Notes: generated by a model from the letters alone, not told the origin. A DNA stretch of 62,527 nucleotides, filler included, from Porpidia crustulata (GCA_964255105.1; 9 parts of 9 records of this genome joined end to end with filler, not necessarily neighbours in it), one strand, 5' to 3'. Shown: positions 35,170 through 48,817, numbered from the whole stretch's first letter. Translations and numbers: made by a program.

Positions 35170-37485
35170 ATGTCGCTTTTGCCCAAGGCGGCGGCAGGAT
35201 CAAGGGAAGCAGGCGGACCGAGTGGAGAAGAGCTTGGTTTACAACAGTACGGTCGGTCATCAACCGCTCTCAACGCAGAAGTGGCTTCCGCTGCTTTGCG
35301 AGACACTGCCAGCAGCAAGACTCCCATCATAGAAGGACCTTCAACGCCAGCAAGCGTTTCTACAGATTCGTTCAGGTCGATCAAGGAAGAACCCGTACCT
35401 TCAAGCGAGCCTATATCACCATTGGCACCACCGTATCGCCACACATTTTCACCCACCGTCTCATCACCATTGAACCCATTGTCCCCCACCCCATCGATAA
35501 AGAGCAGAGCCAGCACGAGCAGTAGCACTTCCGAGTCAGGCAGAAAGGAGAGTGCATCTAGACCTCTACACAATGCGAGGGCACCGCGAGGACGTATTCT
35601 ACAAAGGCCGGGGCGTGGTCAGTCGAGAAAGGCTATACCATTACCACCACAGACGCCGGTGACGTTGAGCGATCTGGGAAGAGATTACTCTCGTTACCCA
35701 TCACGCCGCAATTCGACCTCTATAACTCCGACCCCAGCACCTCGGAATAGCCGAGCAAGCAAAGCCGCAACTGTTGAAGAGCCTTTGCAAGCCAGTCCCT
35801 TGCAGCCTGATACTTTCCGCGAACCATCAGACCCTGAGAAGATGTCATATTGGCTTATCGATGACCGAATAGGTGCGCCAAATCCTGCGCATTATGACCA
35901 GAAATTCGTACTCTATATTGGCGAGAAAGAGGCAGACGATGACATGCATACGCCATATCCAGAGGATGACGTGATGCTGAAGCCGAAAATGCGTGATTAT
36001 TTTCGTCGCGGTCAAGTCTGTTCACTACTTGGATTACTTGTCATGTTGCTTGGGCTAATTACGCTTTTCATCCTCTTGCCGGTCATCAGTTACTCGGGAA
36101 CGAGGATAATATTCTACCATTATGATACACCAGAGCCGAACAACACACATTCTCAAATAGATCCACATTCATGGAGCTACATAAATGAGGTACACTATCC
36201 CTTGATGCAGAATATTCGACAAGGGCTTATTGACCCGAGCACTCCCAAGTCGGCGATGACTAGGAGAAGCGTTGATGGCAGTGACCTTGAACTGGTGTTT
36301 AGTGATGAATTCAATGCACGGAACAGAACCTTCTACCCGGGAGACGATCCCTATTGGTCTGCCCCTGATTTCTGGTATGGTGCAACGCAGGATCTTGATT
36401 GGTATGATCCCGATGCAGTCTCAACTTACGATGGCACCCTTGTCCTGCAACTGGATGCTTTCTTCAATCACAACGTGAGCTATCGATCTGGTATGCTGAA
36501 TAGTTGGAATCAGATCTGTTTCAAAGGAGGTGCTCTCGAAGTGTCGGTTTCCCTTCCTGGACCCGGCGGTGCACCAGGATTATGGCCAGGTATATGGACA
36601 ATGGGTAATTTAGGAAGACCTGGGTACAAGGCATCGACTGAGGGATTATGGCCTTTTACCTACAACTCATGCGATGCTGGCATTACTCCGAATCAATCAC
36701 AGACGGACGGTTTGTCCTGGCTTCAAGGGCAAAAACTGCCATCGTGTACTTGTCCTGGAGAAGATCATCCGACTCCTGGTACCGGACGAGGTGCACCTGA
36801 AATTGATGTTTTTGAGGGTAGCGCTGACCCGAACCTACGTCTTGGTGTTATTACACAATCTTATCAACTGGCTCCGTACGATATCTGGTACCAGCCAAAT
36901 TATGATTATCTTCACATCCGAGACTACAATACCACTCAGCTTAACAGCTACTGTGGAGGACCCTTTCAGCAGGCTATATCCGGACAGACGGCATTGAATA
37001 ATAGCTGGTATGATGGTATTAACTATCAAAAATATGGCTTCGAGTATACACCCGGTGTCGGCCGTGATTCTCAGATTTCGTGGTTCGTTGGTGAAGATGT
37101 ATCATTTGGTATGAACGGCCACGCTATTGGTCCGAATGGCAATGTTGGCGCACGAGTGGTCTCCGAAGAACCAATGAGTATGGTCTTGAATCTTGGGTTC
37201 AGTAATTCGTGGACTGGTATTGACATCGGAGCTTTGAGATTTCCTACCATGATGCGCGTCGACTATGTGCGGTGGTATCAAAAGGCCGGCCAGCATTCTG
37301 TTACGTGCGATCCGCCGGGTTATGAGACCACAGAGTACATTATGAAGCACCCAAATGCTTATCATAATTATAATCTCACTGTAAGTAAGTTACGATGGAT
37401 GTGTGAAACCTGACTGACTGATATCTAGAAATGGGATGAAACTGGGTTTACTTGGCCAAAGCACAAACTCAATTCAGAGTGCTGA
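35170..37485 (+). CDS. KRE6/SKN1 beta-glucan synthesis-associated GH16 type II membrane protein
   Basis: EKEADDDMH, one TM helix, LVFSDEFN..RTFYPGDDPYW, YRSGMLNSWNQ.CF, GRGAPEIDVFE and RVDYVRWYQ; final intron 37381-37428. Confidence 0.94.
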
Positions 37486-38239
37486 CCTTGGGAGTCTACA
37501 TTTCGCCCTAATTATCCTAATACACTACCCTGCGTCGTCCTTGATTTGCGTATACCCCAAATCCTCAATGTGGTGCTTACGAATTGAGAAGGTTGGTGTC
37601 TTTTCTTTGAACTTGAGGTCCTGACAAGGAAAAAGTGCATGGTGTCTGGCGTTTCTGCTGTTAACCCTCTGTACTGACTGGGTCGGAATACGGCGTTTCC
37701 GTCTAAAGAAATGTCTACGAAGTCTGCCGTACATACCTTGTGAAATTGCTGAAGCTTCGGGCAACCATTGCTAAGCTTGGCTAAATGGGGGATATTGGTG
37801 GAACGAAACGGTATATCCTAGGAGTTGTATATAGAAATGAAGGCTTGTTTCCGGTCTTTGGAATTGATGAGTATACTGCGAGTCATTCTTTGGTTTGTGT
37901 CCAAGATGGAGTAGTTGGGTGAGCAAATAACCGAACCAAGCCTGTTTGGGACATTGTTTGGATCCGATGCTTTTCATGATGGCTTGTGATTGTTTTCCCT
38001 TTAACTATATAATTTATTTTATTAACCCTCTTGTTTTCTAGATCCATCAGCTTTCATTCGAGACATTCTTTACGGTCATTCAATTGGAATAATCGACTTT
38101 CTATTTTGCATTTTTGTCATTTCGTTTTCTATTTGCTCTCTGCCTAGGTCCCTATTCAATCAAATCGAAGCCAACATTGTAAAGATTAAGACTCTAATCT
38201 TAGTTATCCATTCGGAAGTTGTACAGTACTCTTGACGAA

Positions 38240-38764
38240 ATGGCTGGAACTACTGTCGCCCTTCCATACGACTTGATCCATACCAGGCCAGACGAAAGCC
38301 TCATAAGGTCAGCCGAGAGAGCAGTACACGAGTTGGAAAAAACCAAAATCGTCGCTGCGATCGCCGAAATCATCAATACCCTCCGGCCCCTATCCATCCC
38401 AAGCTATGGCCGTCTCGCAAGAGCGATCAACAAGACCCAAACCCTCGTCGCCCGAGCCGAAGGTCTGGCACTTGCCCACCTCGATCTCTCGTCGACCGTC
38501 AAACAAGAAATGGTGACAACCATGAACGAGGAGGAGCAACGTCTACCTGTAAGGGCAAGGTCGTTTTTGAGCTGGTCGAACATGCTAGCGGAGCTGTTGA
38601 GGACTATAAATAGGGTCGACGAGCTCCAGAGGGCTTCGGGAATGGATCAGAGAGCCAAGAATGAGTTTCGACAGGTCTGGTTAGGAGCGTTGGGGGTGCT
38701 GAGGAGGGCTGGAGACAGGTGGATGAAGGAAGATGAGGATGGGGTTAGAAGGTCCTATACCTAG
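38240..38764 (+). CDS. Hypothetical helical protein, 174 aa
   Basis: Intronless ORF with balanced composition after a T-rich promoter-like tract; no recognised motif. Confidence 0.6.
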   Translation: MAGTTVALPYDLIHTRPDESLIRSAERAVHELEKTKIVAAIAEIINTLRPLSIPSYGRLARAINKTQTLVARAEGLALAHLDLSSTVKQEMVTTMNEEEQRLPVRARSFLSWSNMLAELLRTINRVDELQRASGMDQRAKNEFRQVWLGALGVLRRAGDRWMKEDEDGVRRSYT

Positions 38765-39194
38765 GAATAGTGTCGCGGCCGGAAAGAACGCGGTCGCGTG
38801 GAACGCGATGATTGATGTCACCACTTACGCTTGGGTTTCGCCGTAGAGGTTCGCCACTTGGACCTGCATTATTGTAAATATTGTCGGAAAGTTCTCGATT
38901 ATAGTAATTAAGCTGAGGAGTCGGAAATCGCTTTGGATTGCCTAGATCGGTGCGACGTAGTAAGGACACCATTCTTACTGTGATTAGCGAACAAAGAGTC
39001 TTTGAGCCGAGCAAAAGTACTTCAAACTTTGAGACTTGGAGCGGATTCAAGAATTACGACTCAGGGGAGAATCAGACGCTTGTGACGACGCTGGGCTTTG
39101 CAATTGCCTATCCGAAGCAACTATTGTGATTGCTTTAATCCCAGTACAGGATTCTACGGTCTCATATCCTATCAAGATCCGCCTTCCGTGCATC

Positions 39195-41693
39195 ATGAGC
39201 TCCACACCATTGACTCCCGGAACGCGCTCGGTATCTGCTAATTCTTCTTCGTCGAGCCCGCCATCGTCACCTCCTTCGGCAGCCATGTCGGATGCCGCCT
39301 ATGATGATGAGATGCAAAAGGAGGAAAGGAAGTTGGAACAGCAGAGTAAACGCGAGAGAGAGACAGACAGGAAGCAAGCGCAGAAGGATCGGACGGATGG
39401 GAAGGACGATGATGGGCAGTTCAAGGAGTTGGATTGGTTTCTGAGTAGGAGTCAGGTAATGCCGGTACCACTCATATGGACCATGTAACAATTCTAAAAA
39501 CTGTTGATAGGGCTTCTCATCCGCCATCATGGATCAACTCAAGCAAGCACTGGACGCTCGAAAAAAGGGATCCGCAGACCAGCCAAAGCTAGTTTCTGGC
39601 GGCAAGATGCGAGAATATCAGCTGGAAGGTCTCACGTGGCTTACATGTTTATATCAGATCGGTCTCAACGGTATTCTCGCCGACGAGATGGGCTTGGGCA
39701 AGACTGTCCAATTGATTTCTTTTCTTGCTTTTTTACGTGAACAGGGCACCTATGGACCATTCTTGATACTAGGACCTCTGAGTACGGTGCAGAACTGGGT
39801 CAACGAATTTGCGAAGTGGACCCCGAAGATTCCCGTGATTATGTATCATGGCACACCACAGGGTCGAGCGCTGTTGAGAAGACAGAAGCTAAAAGGGGAT
39901 TCGAAAGGAGCACAATTTCCGGTCGTCTGCACTTCGTATGAGATTTGTATGAGGGATAAGAAGTTTTTGGCTGACTATCAATGGAAGTTTATTGTTGTAG
40001 TAAGTATTAATCGAACTAAAAACAAAGAATCACTGAGCTAAACAGAGTAGGATGAAGGACACCGCTTGAAGAATTTCAACTGCAGATTGGTCAAAGAATT
40101 GAAACAGTACACTTCGGAAAGCCGTTTGATCCTTACTGGCACTCCTTTGCAGAATAACCTTGCCGAACTATGGTCCTTACTCAACTTTCTTCTACCCGAA
40201 GCTTTCTCTGATCTGGAGCATTTTGAGAGCATGTTTGATTTCTCAGATGTACAGGATAAAGATGGACATAAGGATTCCATTACTAAAGAGCGAAAGGCCA
40301 AAACTGTAGCGTCATTGCATGCGATTCTGAAACCATTTCTACTCCGTAGAGTCAAGGGAGACGTTGAGACTAGCTTGCCTAAAAAGAGAGAGTATATCCT
40401 CTATGCGCCTCTGACCCCAACACAGAAGGAGCTTTACCGAAAGATCAAGGACAATGATATCAGGGCCTACCTCGAAGAGAAGGCTATTGAGAGGATAGAT
40501 GATGGTAAAGGAAAGTCGAAAAAGCCTGATATTAAGAGCAAGCAGACCAAGGGCAACGACATACGAGCATTCTTTGGAGCAAATGCTGAGAGTGTAAAGG
40601 AAGAATCGAAGACCAGTAGCCAACGCGGGAAGCAGAATCCAATGGTCATGGAGATTAGAGGTCGCAAGCGGAAGGCTGACAGTGAGACATCAACCCCGAA
40701 TAAGAGCGCAAAGTCATCACGTTCCTCTACGCCTGCAAGTAGTCTGCGTTCCAGTAGACGTGGGGTCAAGACGTATGAGGAAGTAAGTGATCAACAATAC
40801 TTCAAAAAGCTGGAAGAGAATAGTGAGGATGAGCTGGCAGATGAAGAGGAGCAAGAGGAGCTTGATCGTGCAGACACCTTGACACAAGCACGAAGAGAAG
40901 TGAACCAAAAGAAACTTCAAAACCCCGTCATGCAACTCCGTCTCGCCTGCAATTCCCCCCATCACTTCTTCTGGCCTTGGCCCGATCAAGATCCTGACAG
41001 CTCCCTCATCACCGAATCCGGCAAGATGATTCTCCTTGATCGTCTACTCCCCTACCTCTTCAAGAAGAATCACAAAGTCATCCTCTTTTCTCAGTTCTCA
41101 CGTCAATTAGACATTCTCGAAGAATATGCCTCCACCCTTCGCAATTGGAACGTCTGCCGCATTGACGGTAGTGTGAAAGCCGAAGACCGCCAGGAAGAAA
41201 TCGACGCCTTCAACTCCGACCCTGAGCACCGCCTCTTCCTCCTCAGCACCCGCGCCGGTGGCCTCGGCATCAACCTCACCGCCGCAGACACGGTCATCCT
41301 CTACGACAGCGACTGGAATCCGCAGCAGGATCTGCAAGCCCAGGACCGCGCTCACCGCATCGGCCAAACCCGCCCAGTCATTGTCTATCGCCTCGCGACT
41401 AAAGGAACAGTTGAGCAAACTCTGCTCGAAAAGGCCGACGGCAAGCGGCGGCTCGAGAAACTTGTCATCCAAAAAGACAAGTTCCGCAGCATTCGCGATA
41501 ATGGTAGGTCGAGCAATAAGAAACAAGCAGACGAGTACGCGGAGCTGCAGGCTTTACTGGCGGAGGACGATTTCGAGAACTTTGATCCGGGTGAGGGAGG
41601 TGAGGTGTTGACTGACGGGGATTTGGCAACGTTGACAGATCGTAGCGAGGCGGCGTATGGGAGAGCAGCGAAGGGGGTTGGGGAGAAGGAGGG
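39195..41693 (+). CDS. SNF2 helicase, HELLS/LSH/DDM1 (IRC5-like), 3' truncated
   Basis: QPKLVSGGKMREYQLEGL.W, NGILADEMGLGKT, DEGHRLKNFNC.L, LHAILKPFLLRRVK.DVE..LPKKREY and DSDWNPQQDLQAQDRAHRIGQ. Confidence 0.93.
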
Positions 41694-42403
41694 NNNNNNN
41701 NNNNNNNNNNNNNNNNNNNNNNNNNNNNNNNNNNNNNTTAATTAATTAANNNNNNNNNNNNNNNNNNNNNNNNNNNNNNNNNNNNNNNNNNNNAATATAT
41801 ACGGTACAGAATGCGCTGTTGGGAGATCTCGCATGTGCGGTGCATTTGAACTATAGCTACCCGTACATAGAACGCGAAAAGCACCATGACAATTAGATTG
41901 ATTTGCTAAATTAGTGGAATCTAAGGATGTGAGGGTGTGAGGGTTTGTATAAAGACGGGGGTGATTTATGATGACGATGGTGTGGTGTTTTAGGTAGGAG
42001 ATGAAGAGATGAAGAGGGTGTAGCAGATGAAGAGGGGAAAAATTGGCGGGGAGGAGAAGCGATGTGAATCGATCAGAAATATTGAGAAAGAAAGGAAGTA
42101 GGGTATGGAGATTGGGTGATCCATTGCGAGATACGGGGTCATTCTTCCGCTCAAAGCTGCGAGGATCGAGGGGTATGACCTGTCGGTGAATCAGTAAGTT
42201 GTACTGCGAAAAGCTTTTGAGGTAGCTCGACCGTGCGATCTTGGAATAAATCTAGGTGTAGGATGTCCTCTCAGGGCCGACTCGATTACAAGAGCTTTAG
42301 AATGGCGTTATTCCTTGATATTCGGAAGGCCGATTGGATGGCTTTGCATTTGAGCGAGTTCTATTTCGACGCGGCTCTTGTCACCGAGAGAGCTCCAATT
42401 CGC

Positions 42404-44037
42404 CTACAAAAGACCTTGTTTTTGCAAGCTATTCACACGTCAGTACATGACTCAACGACGTCCAATAACGGATACTCACTCGTAATAAACCTTCTCCGGC
42501 ATAACATTCCCATCCGCATCCTCCATTTGCACCACATTCTCCCCGCCCGTCTTCTCCTTCTTCTTGTCTCTCTGTATCTTATCCCACAGTTTCAACGCAT
42601 CCGTAATCCCCGTAATCTCCCGGAACAACGTGGTATTCGTGATCCCCAAGCACTTGAGCCCGTAAATATGCCTCGCCTCGTTGAAATGCTTGTCGAACGC
42701 CCTCCGACCCATGTAGACGAAATTGCCGCAGATCTCGCAGGGGAATTCGACGCCCAGCCCGTGGAGCTTGTAGAGCCAGTAGGGGATAGGTTTGCCATCC
42801 CAGGCGAGGGGGAGCTTAAGGGGGTTGTAGATTTTCTCGTCGTCGGAGGCGTCGAAGTCGGAATCACCGGCGTTACGGGGGGCGATTTCACTGCTTTCGG
42901 CGAAAAAGGCGTCGAGTTCCATTTGGCGTTCACGCTCGGTCATGCCTTGTTTACGCTCGACGTTGACGCGGGTGTCGTTTCGCACGGTATCAATTGTAGA
43001 GGCTAGCCTGTGAACTCGATATTCTCGTTCGGCAATGGCACGTTCCTTCAATCGGAGGATAGTGGATCCTCTGCTATTGGCGCTGCCGTTCACGTTTCCA
43101 TTCATTGATCCATTAGTCGTCCCGCCGGCTTTACGCGCCTCCGCGGCTTTGATGTGTTTTTTGCCACCCAGATGACTCTTATAGACATTATCGTTGTTGA
43201 ACTCCTTTTCGCAATCAGGACACCAGATCCCCTCACCAGTTCCTTCAGTCTTTGGTACGGCGGGCCCGGATGGGTTCACGTCTTTGCTCCAGCCCGGCAC
43301 TGCATCGACTCCCCAGACTTGCACAAAGTCTTGGTCAAAGGAAGTAAATAGAATGTCTAAATTCTCTAGTGGTCGCGTGCGCCTTAAGAAACTCTCCAAG
43401 TATTCTGCAAGTCTTCCAATATATTTGAAGTATTGATCCGTAGTCTTTTCCGTGCGCTTGATTGGATTTGCAGGAGGTACAAAGGAATCGAATGTGTTTA
43501 GGTATTGAAGGTATGATAATCTCTTCGCACCCCGTAAATTCAGGTACTCTTCGTGTAATGTTGTGAGATCCAGAAACCGTCCGAAAGCTTCCTCACCTGT
43601 AAACATATGGTCCACCTCCAGTGTGGCTGATTCCCCATCACCTAGCGCTTTGCGCTTGTATGCTCTTTCGAGATTTTCGACGGGCTCGTTGGGGTATCTT
43701 CGGTGGAAATCTTTGATCTCGTTCAATTGCTTGTAGAATTCGTCGAAAGGGTCTCCAGTGGACATTGACTGAATCTCCCGCGAACGCAGACCCTCAGTAT
43801 CATGGTATATATCTAGAAGCCGTTTCGATTGCTCTTGGATTCGATTGAGAAAGCCTGATATCTGATGGTCACGGTCCAAACGTTCACGGATCTTGGTCCC
43901 GTTAGCTATACATAACCTCACTCAACAAGATTCGAGAGGGTAGATACATGTCTTGGGTCTTCTGCAACCCGATCGCTGATCCCTTGCTCTAACCTTTCAA
44001 GGTCCTCGTGGAGAAACCTCTGTTCCTCGAGAAGCAT
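42404..44037 (-). CDS. PRP9: Splicing factor 3A subunit 3 (SF3a60)
   Basis: MLLEEQRFLHEDLERLEQ, FTGEEAFGRFLDL, YNPLKLPLAWDGKPIPYWLYKLHGL, CEICGN.VYMGRRAFDKHF and a spliced end DLQKQGLL*. Confidence 0.96.
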
Positions 44038-44357
44038 GGCCGTCGATAGTGCCAAGTAAGTTTGATTACTTAGAGATTGCAGTTACGCCGCAAAGTGGTC
44101 CGCAGAGATCGATAATCGACAGATGTATGTACTGTCGGTTAAAGTATTGGCGAGTGGTTGTAACGATATAGAGGTTTGGGGAAAGTTGAGGTGGTTTTGG
44201 CAGTGAATCAATGAGCCAATCACAAGTTGTGTTTGACAACCCGCACTCACGCATCTTCAAATATCCGAGCTTAGACATTCTCTCAAACGCTCATTCCTCC
44301 ATTCAGACCGGACTGCAGTGTATTCTACTTCTACAATCCATTCAAGAATACGGCAAG

Positions 44358-45708
44358 ATGGCGGATAATATCGATAGAAAAGCAGAGGGTAGCTACCACC
44401 CTGCCTTATTTACTTGACCATGGCTGATTACCCCACAGAGAAGATGGAGTTCTCCACTTCGAAGGAGGTGACGGTAGCGCCGACCTTCGAGGCCATGCAC
44501 CTCAAAGAGAATCTCTTGCGCGGCATATATGCCTATGGATACGAGTCTCCTTCGGCAGTACAATCGCGGGCCATCGTCCAGATCTGTAAAGGGCGTGACA
44601 CAATTGCGCAGGCACAATCCGGTACCGGAAAGACAGCAACTTTCTCAATCAGTATGCTCCAAGTCATCGATACCGCCGTAAGAGAAACGCAAGCTCTGGT
44701 ACTCTCCCCAACTCGAGAACTGGCCACCCAGATCCAATCTGTGGTAATGGCACTTGGTGACTACATGAACGTGCAATGTCACGCATGTATTGGAGGTACA
44801 AACGTTGGCGAGGATATTCGAAAGCTGGACTATGGCCAACACATCGTATCGGGCACGCCAGGGCGTGTTGCTGACATGATCCGTCGCCGCAACCTACGAA
44901 CTCGACATATCAAGATCTTGGTCCTGGATGAGGCTGACGAGTTGCTCAATCGCGGGTTCAGAGAGCAAATATATGATGTGTACCGCTACCTTCCGCCCGC
45001 GACTCAGGTTGTCGTTGTCTCTGCCACACTTCCGTACGATGTGCTCGACATGACCACAAAGTTCATGACCGATCCTGTTCGTATTTTGGTGAAGCGTGAT
45101 GAGCTGACCCTTGAAGGCCTTAAGCAATATTTCATTGCCGTGGAAAAGGAGGAGTGGAAATTTGACACTCTATGCGATCTTTACGACACACTTACAATCA
45201 CTCAAGCAGTCATCTTCTGTAATACTCGTAGAAAGGTCGATTGGCTGACAGATAAGATGCGAGAGGCCAATTTTACGGTTTCATCAATGCATGGCGAAAT
45301 GCCACAGAAAGAACGAGATAGCATCATGCAGGATTTCCGCCAGGGCAACTCACGAGTTCTTATATCTACGGATGTCTGGGCACGAGGAATCGATGTACAA
45401 CAGGTCTCGTTGGTCATTAATTACGATCTTCCCAGCAATCGCGAGAATTATATCCATCGAATAGGTCGAAGCGGTCGGTTTGGGAGGAAGGGCGTTGCGA
45501 TAAACTTTGTGACCAGCGAGGATGTGCGTATATTGCGTGATATTGAGCGTAAGTCGAGCGTCGTATAGTCCATCAATACCCAGAGCTGATTGCCGTTAGT
45601 CTATTATTCTACTCAGATTGATGAGATGCCAATGAATGGTATGCAATCAAGTCGGAATCTGACTTCTTCCCACTGACCAATATTCTAGTTGCCGATTTGC
45701 TGTCATAA
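44358..45708 (+). CDS. FAL1: DEAD-box RNA helicase eIF4A-III
   Basis: [33 protein letters not shown] and [13 protein letters not shown]; spliced C-terminus [18 protein letters not shown]. Confidence 0.97.
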
Positions 45709-46616
45709 GACAAATAGCTCAATACCAGTATAGTCTCCTGGACATGACGTTACAAGATTCATGAGTGAGCTTGTATCACTCAGAAGTCTCTATGAGATGC
45801 GGTCCGGCAAAAGTCTCAGGCGCCTCATTCGGTGGGAGGAAATGGACATCTACGCCATAGGTATGTGCTTGTCTTCGAGCCTAAACTGCTCAGTTACTGA
45901 ATGCGAGTTATGTAGCAGCTACGGGGAGCTACCAATGAAATTGAATATTATATCAAGAGCCCTCGATCTTGTGAAGTCTCCCTTTGCACAAATACTTACC
46001 TGATTTCTAAAAGGCACATTACCTCCATTGATTCATCATGCAGGGAGGCCTGAACTCAGTACGGCTTGAAATTCCTTCTAATTTATCTCACACCAAGCCT
46101 CAAATATCCTCCCAATCCCGATACTGCGATTGTCTAGCAAATGCTGACATTCCATACTTGTCTCTCGTCGAACATTCACTCCTATCCATGGCGTTACCCA
46201 CCTTCTGATCTTCACATCTGACTATTACCGCCGACTCCAACTTTCTGCTTACACTGCCCTGCCTCGTCAAGCAACTACATTACTCATTTTCCTTTAGACA
46301 TTTATCCTCTAAGTGTATTATCAGACCTACTGTTGGTCGACACTACGTTACGTCTCTATGTTCCTCCATCAATTCAAAGGGCTCTGAACTCGAACACAAT
46401 AGTCACCCACCTCTTGATCCTCAGGCTGCAGCCACTTCTCCCCCACCCAGCAGCTGCCCTGGTCTGTCACAATCGCTGTCCTTCCCCACTCGTCCAACCA
46501 TGCAAGTACTAAGCCTCCACTCTAGTTATAGGGAAGCGGACAACCGACATTTTCTTGACCGGATTGCGTTGCAGCTCTATACTTGATCATCTATCTAGAA
46601 AGATCGACCATCGGTC

Positions 46617-48645
46617 ATGGGCCATATCGATGATGAGCCGTTAACCCCCAAAAATTCGATATCGTCAACCATCGAGTCCGTGCTTGGGGCGAGCACCTCT
46701 GAAGGCAGCTTTTCTGGCTCCGAACATCGCGCGCAGGATGTTATGGAGGTGAAACCTCGTTTCGATGGCATGTATGTTTCTACCTAGACTGAAGATCGCT
46801 TGCATTTTGTCAAGCTCTTTCTTACTTGCATCGTCTTAGGCGTTTCGACTCTCCAGTATTCGACCTATACATTGGGTCGGAAAAGCGCCACTTTGGTGTC
46901 CATCGAGCTGTACTCAATCAAAGTCCCCGCTTTAAAACGTTATGCGGCATTCAAGCACAAAGCAGGTCGGGTGGTGCCAAAGCAAAGACCACGATGTATT
47001 TCGAAAATGATTCTCCACAAGGGATGGGACATCTGCTGGAATACCTGTACACAAACAACTTCACCATACAAGGCACAGAGCCCTTAGACGAAGCCAAGCA
47101 GCTAGTCGATCTCTACTTGCTCGCGAGTAATTATACTCTTCCTAGTCTACAAGCAGCTGTCGTCTCGCAGCTTGACTCTACGCATATCTGCTCCACGATC
47201 ACGGCCATGCAATTTTTCAACATGGCTGAAGATCTATACGGCGTGGAACCCCATCCTGCTATGCGCGAGTATTTTACGAAGGTGGCGCCAGGACTTCTCC
47301 GTACTGTCGCTGAGGGAGAGCTTGAGGAGCTATTTAGGATGATAAGCGAGGGTGGCGATTTCGCAACCGATCTGTTCGCTGCTCACCACAAAGCTTTTGG
47401 TCCAGGCCATATCACTGCGAGCCACCCTGAGAGTGAAAGCCAAGACGGACCATTGCCAAAGAAACAGAAGACGGAAGAATCATCCGGCCTTCCGTTCAAC
47501 GTCAGGACTACTTGGGACGATGACAATGAGATCCCGAGCTTCTGGCATGAGATGAGCGAGGCAGATAAGCTATTGATCGCTATGCGTGAAGAAGGCAAGG
47601 GTTGGAACGAGATTGATCAGGCCTTGGGGAAAAAGCACGGAAAACATGGCTCTATAAGCGAATGGTTGAATCGATATGGGCGGATCTCCATCATCATGTC
47701 TCACATGCGCATGAGAAAGGGCGATGTTGGTCTCTCGAGATGGTTTGGAAGAGGTATTATGCTGATGGTGTTAATTTAGGTGGATCGACTGCTTACTGCC
47801 AGGGAACAGGCGGACCAACAGTACGACACTCAAAAATGGACTCTCATTGCAGATCTGATGGTGAAGAATGGCGCCGAGCGATACCGACCCGACTTTCTTC
47901 AAAAGAAATTCAAGGATTTGGAGCTTGCGTTGAAAACTCGGGATCAAATTCAGGCGGTCTCTGCCCATGGCATCCCTGCCTCCATACGTCGATCCGGGAA
48001 CAGTAACGAAAATGATAATGACAACGGCGCTGTGAATGTGGCAATGGGCAGTGCCAGAGTTACACCAGCCAGAGCAACGCCGAACGACGCTAATCAACGT
48101 GCTGCGAATGAGAATTTTGACCTGACTACTTCCCGCAATAAGAATCCAGCTAACACCTTTCGAGCTCCACCCACGATCCACAACGAAACTACCACCAGTC
48201 GACCAGACGGAGGGACAACCAGCGCCCAGTCCAACCAAAAAAGTGCAGCGGAGGAAAAGCCCGCAGGCGGAGTTAAGAAGAGAGATTCGCTCCCGGCCGC
48301 GATTGCGAAACACAAGATTCTGAAGCGAGCCGCCGCCGCTGAGGCCTCCAATGAGTATCCCGACACCCAAATGACTGAACCCGCCCCTAAACTCCCGCCT
48401 ACAGAACCGAAAAGCCGGCCGTCCAGCCATTCCCAAGACCAATTAAACGCCGACGCCCCGTCCCGCCGCAGCATGCCGAACGCCAAAAACGCAGCCGACG
48501 TCAAAGCCGAACCGCCCAGCAGCAAGCCTGCAACCGCCGAGTCGAACCATACGCCCGCGCGCAAAGCGATGAATCTGAAGGCGTCCGCCGGCAGCCCCAA
48601 GGCGGGTGGCGTTGCGGCGGTTAAGGTGGGGCCGATGGATAAGGA
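46617..48645 (+). CDS. BTB/POZ domain protein with Myb/HTH-like repeats, 3' truncated
   Basis: VFDLYIG.EKRHF.VHRAVL, LLEYLYT and LYLLA..Y.L..L (BTB). Later DKLLIAMREEGKGWNEI...RY.RI and KW.LIADLM...FLQKKFKDL; two introns. Confidence 0.8.
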
Positions 48646-48745
48646 NNNNNNNNNNNNNNNNNNNNNNNNNNNNNNNNNNNNNNNNNNNNTTAATTAATTA
48701 ANNNNNNNNNNNNNNNNNNNNNNNNNNNNNNNNNNNNNNNNNNNN

Positions 48746-48777
48746 TTTAAAACCCCCTGCTTCTAAAAAAAATCAAA

Positions 48778-48817
<40 letters not shown>

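Noticed and set aside
42233..43006. Long antisense ORFs (for example 42233-43006, 15988-16491, 47771-48442)
   Set aside because: Shadows of GC-rich coding sequence on the opposite strand.
48746..48815. Poly-A tract as a retroposon tail
   Set aside because: At a contig edge, interrupting a reading frame; most likely a base-calling artefact.
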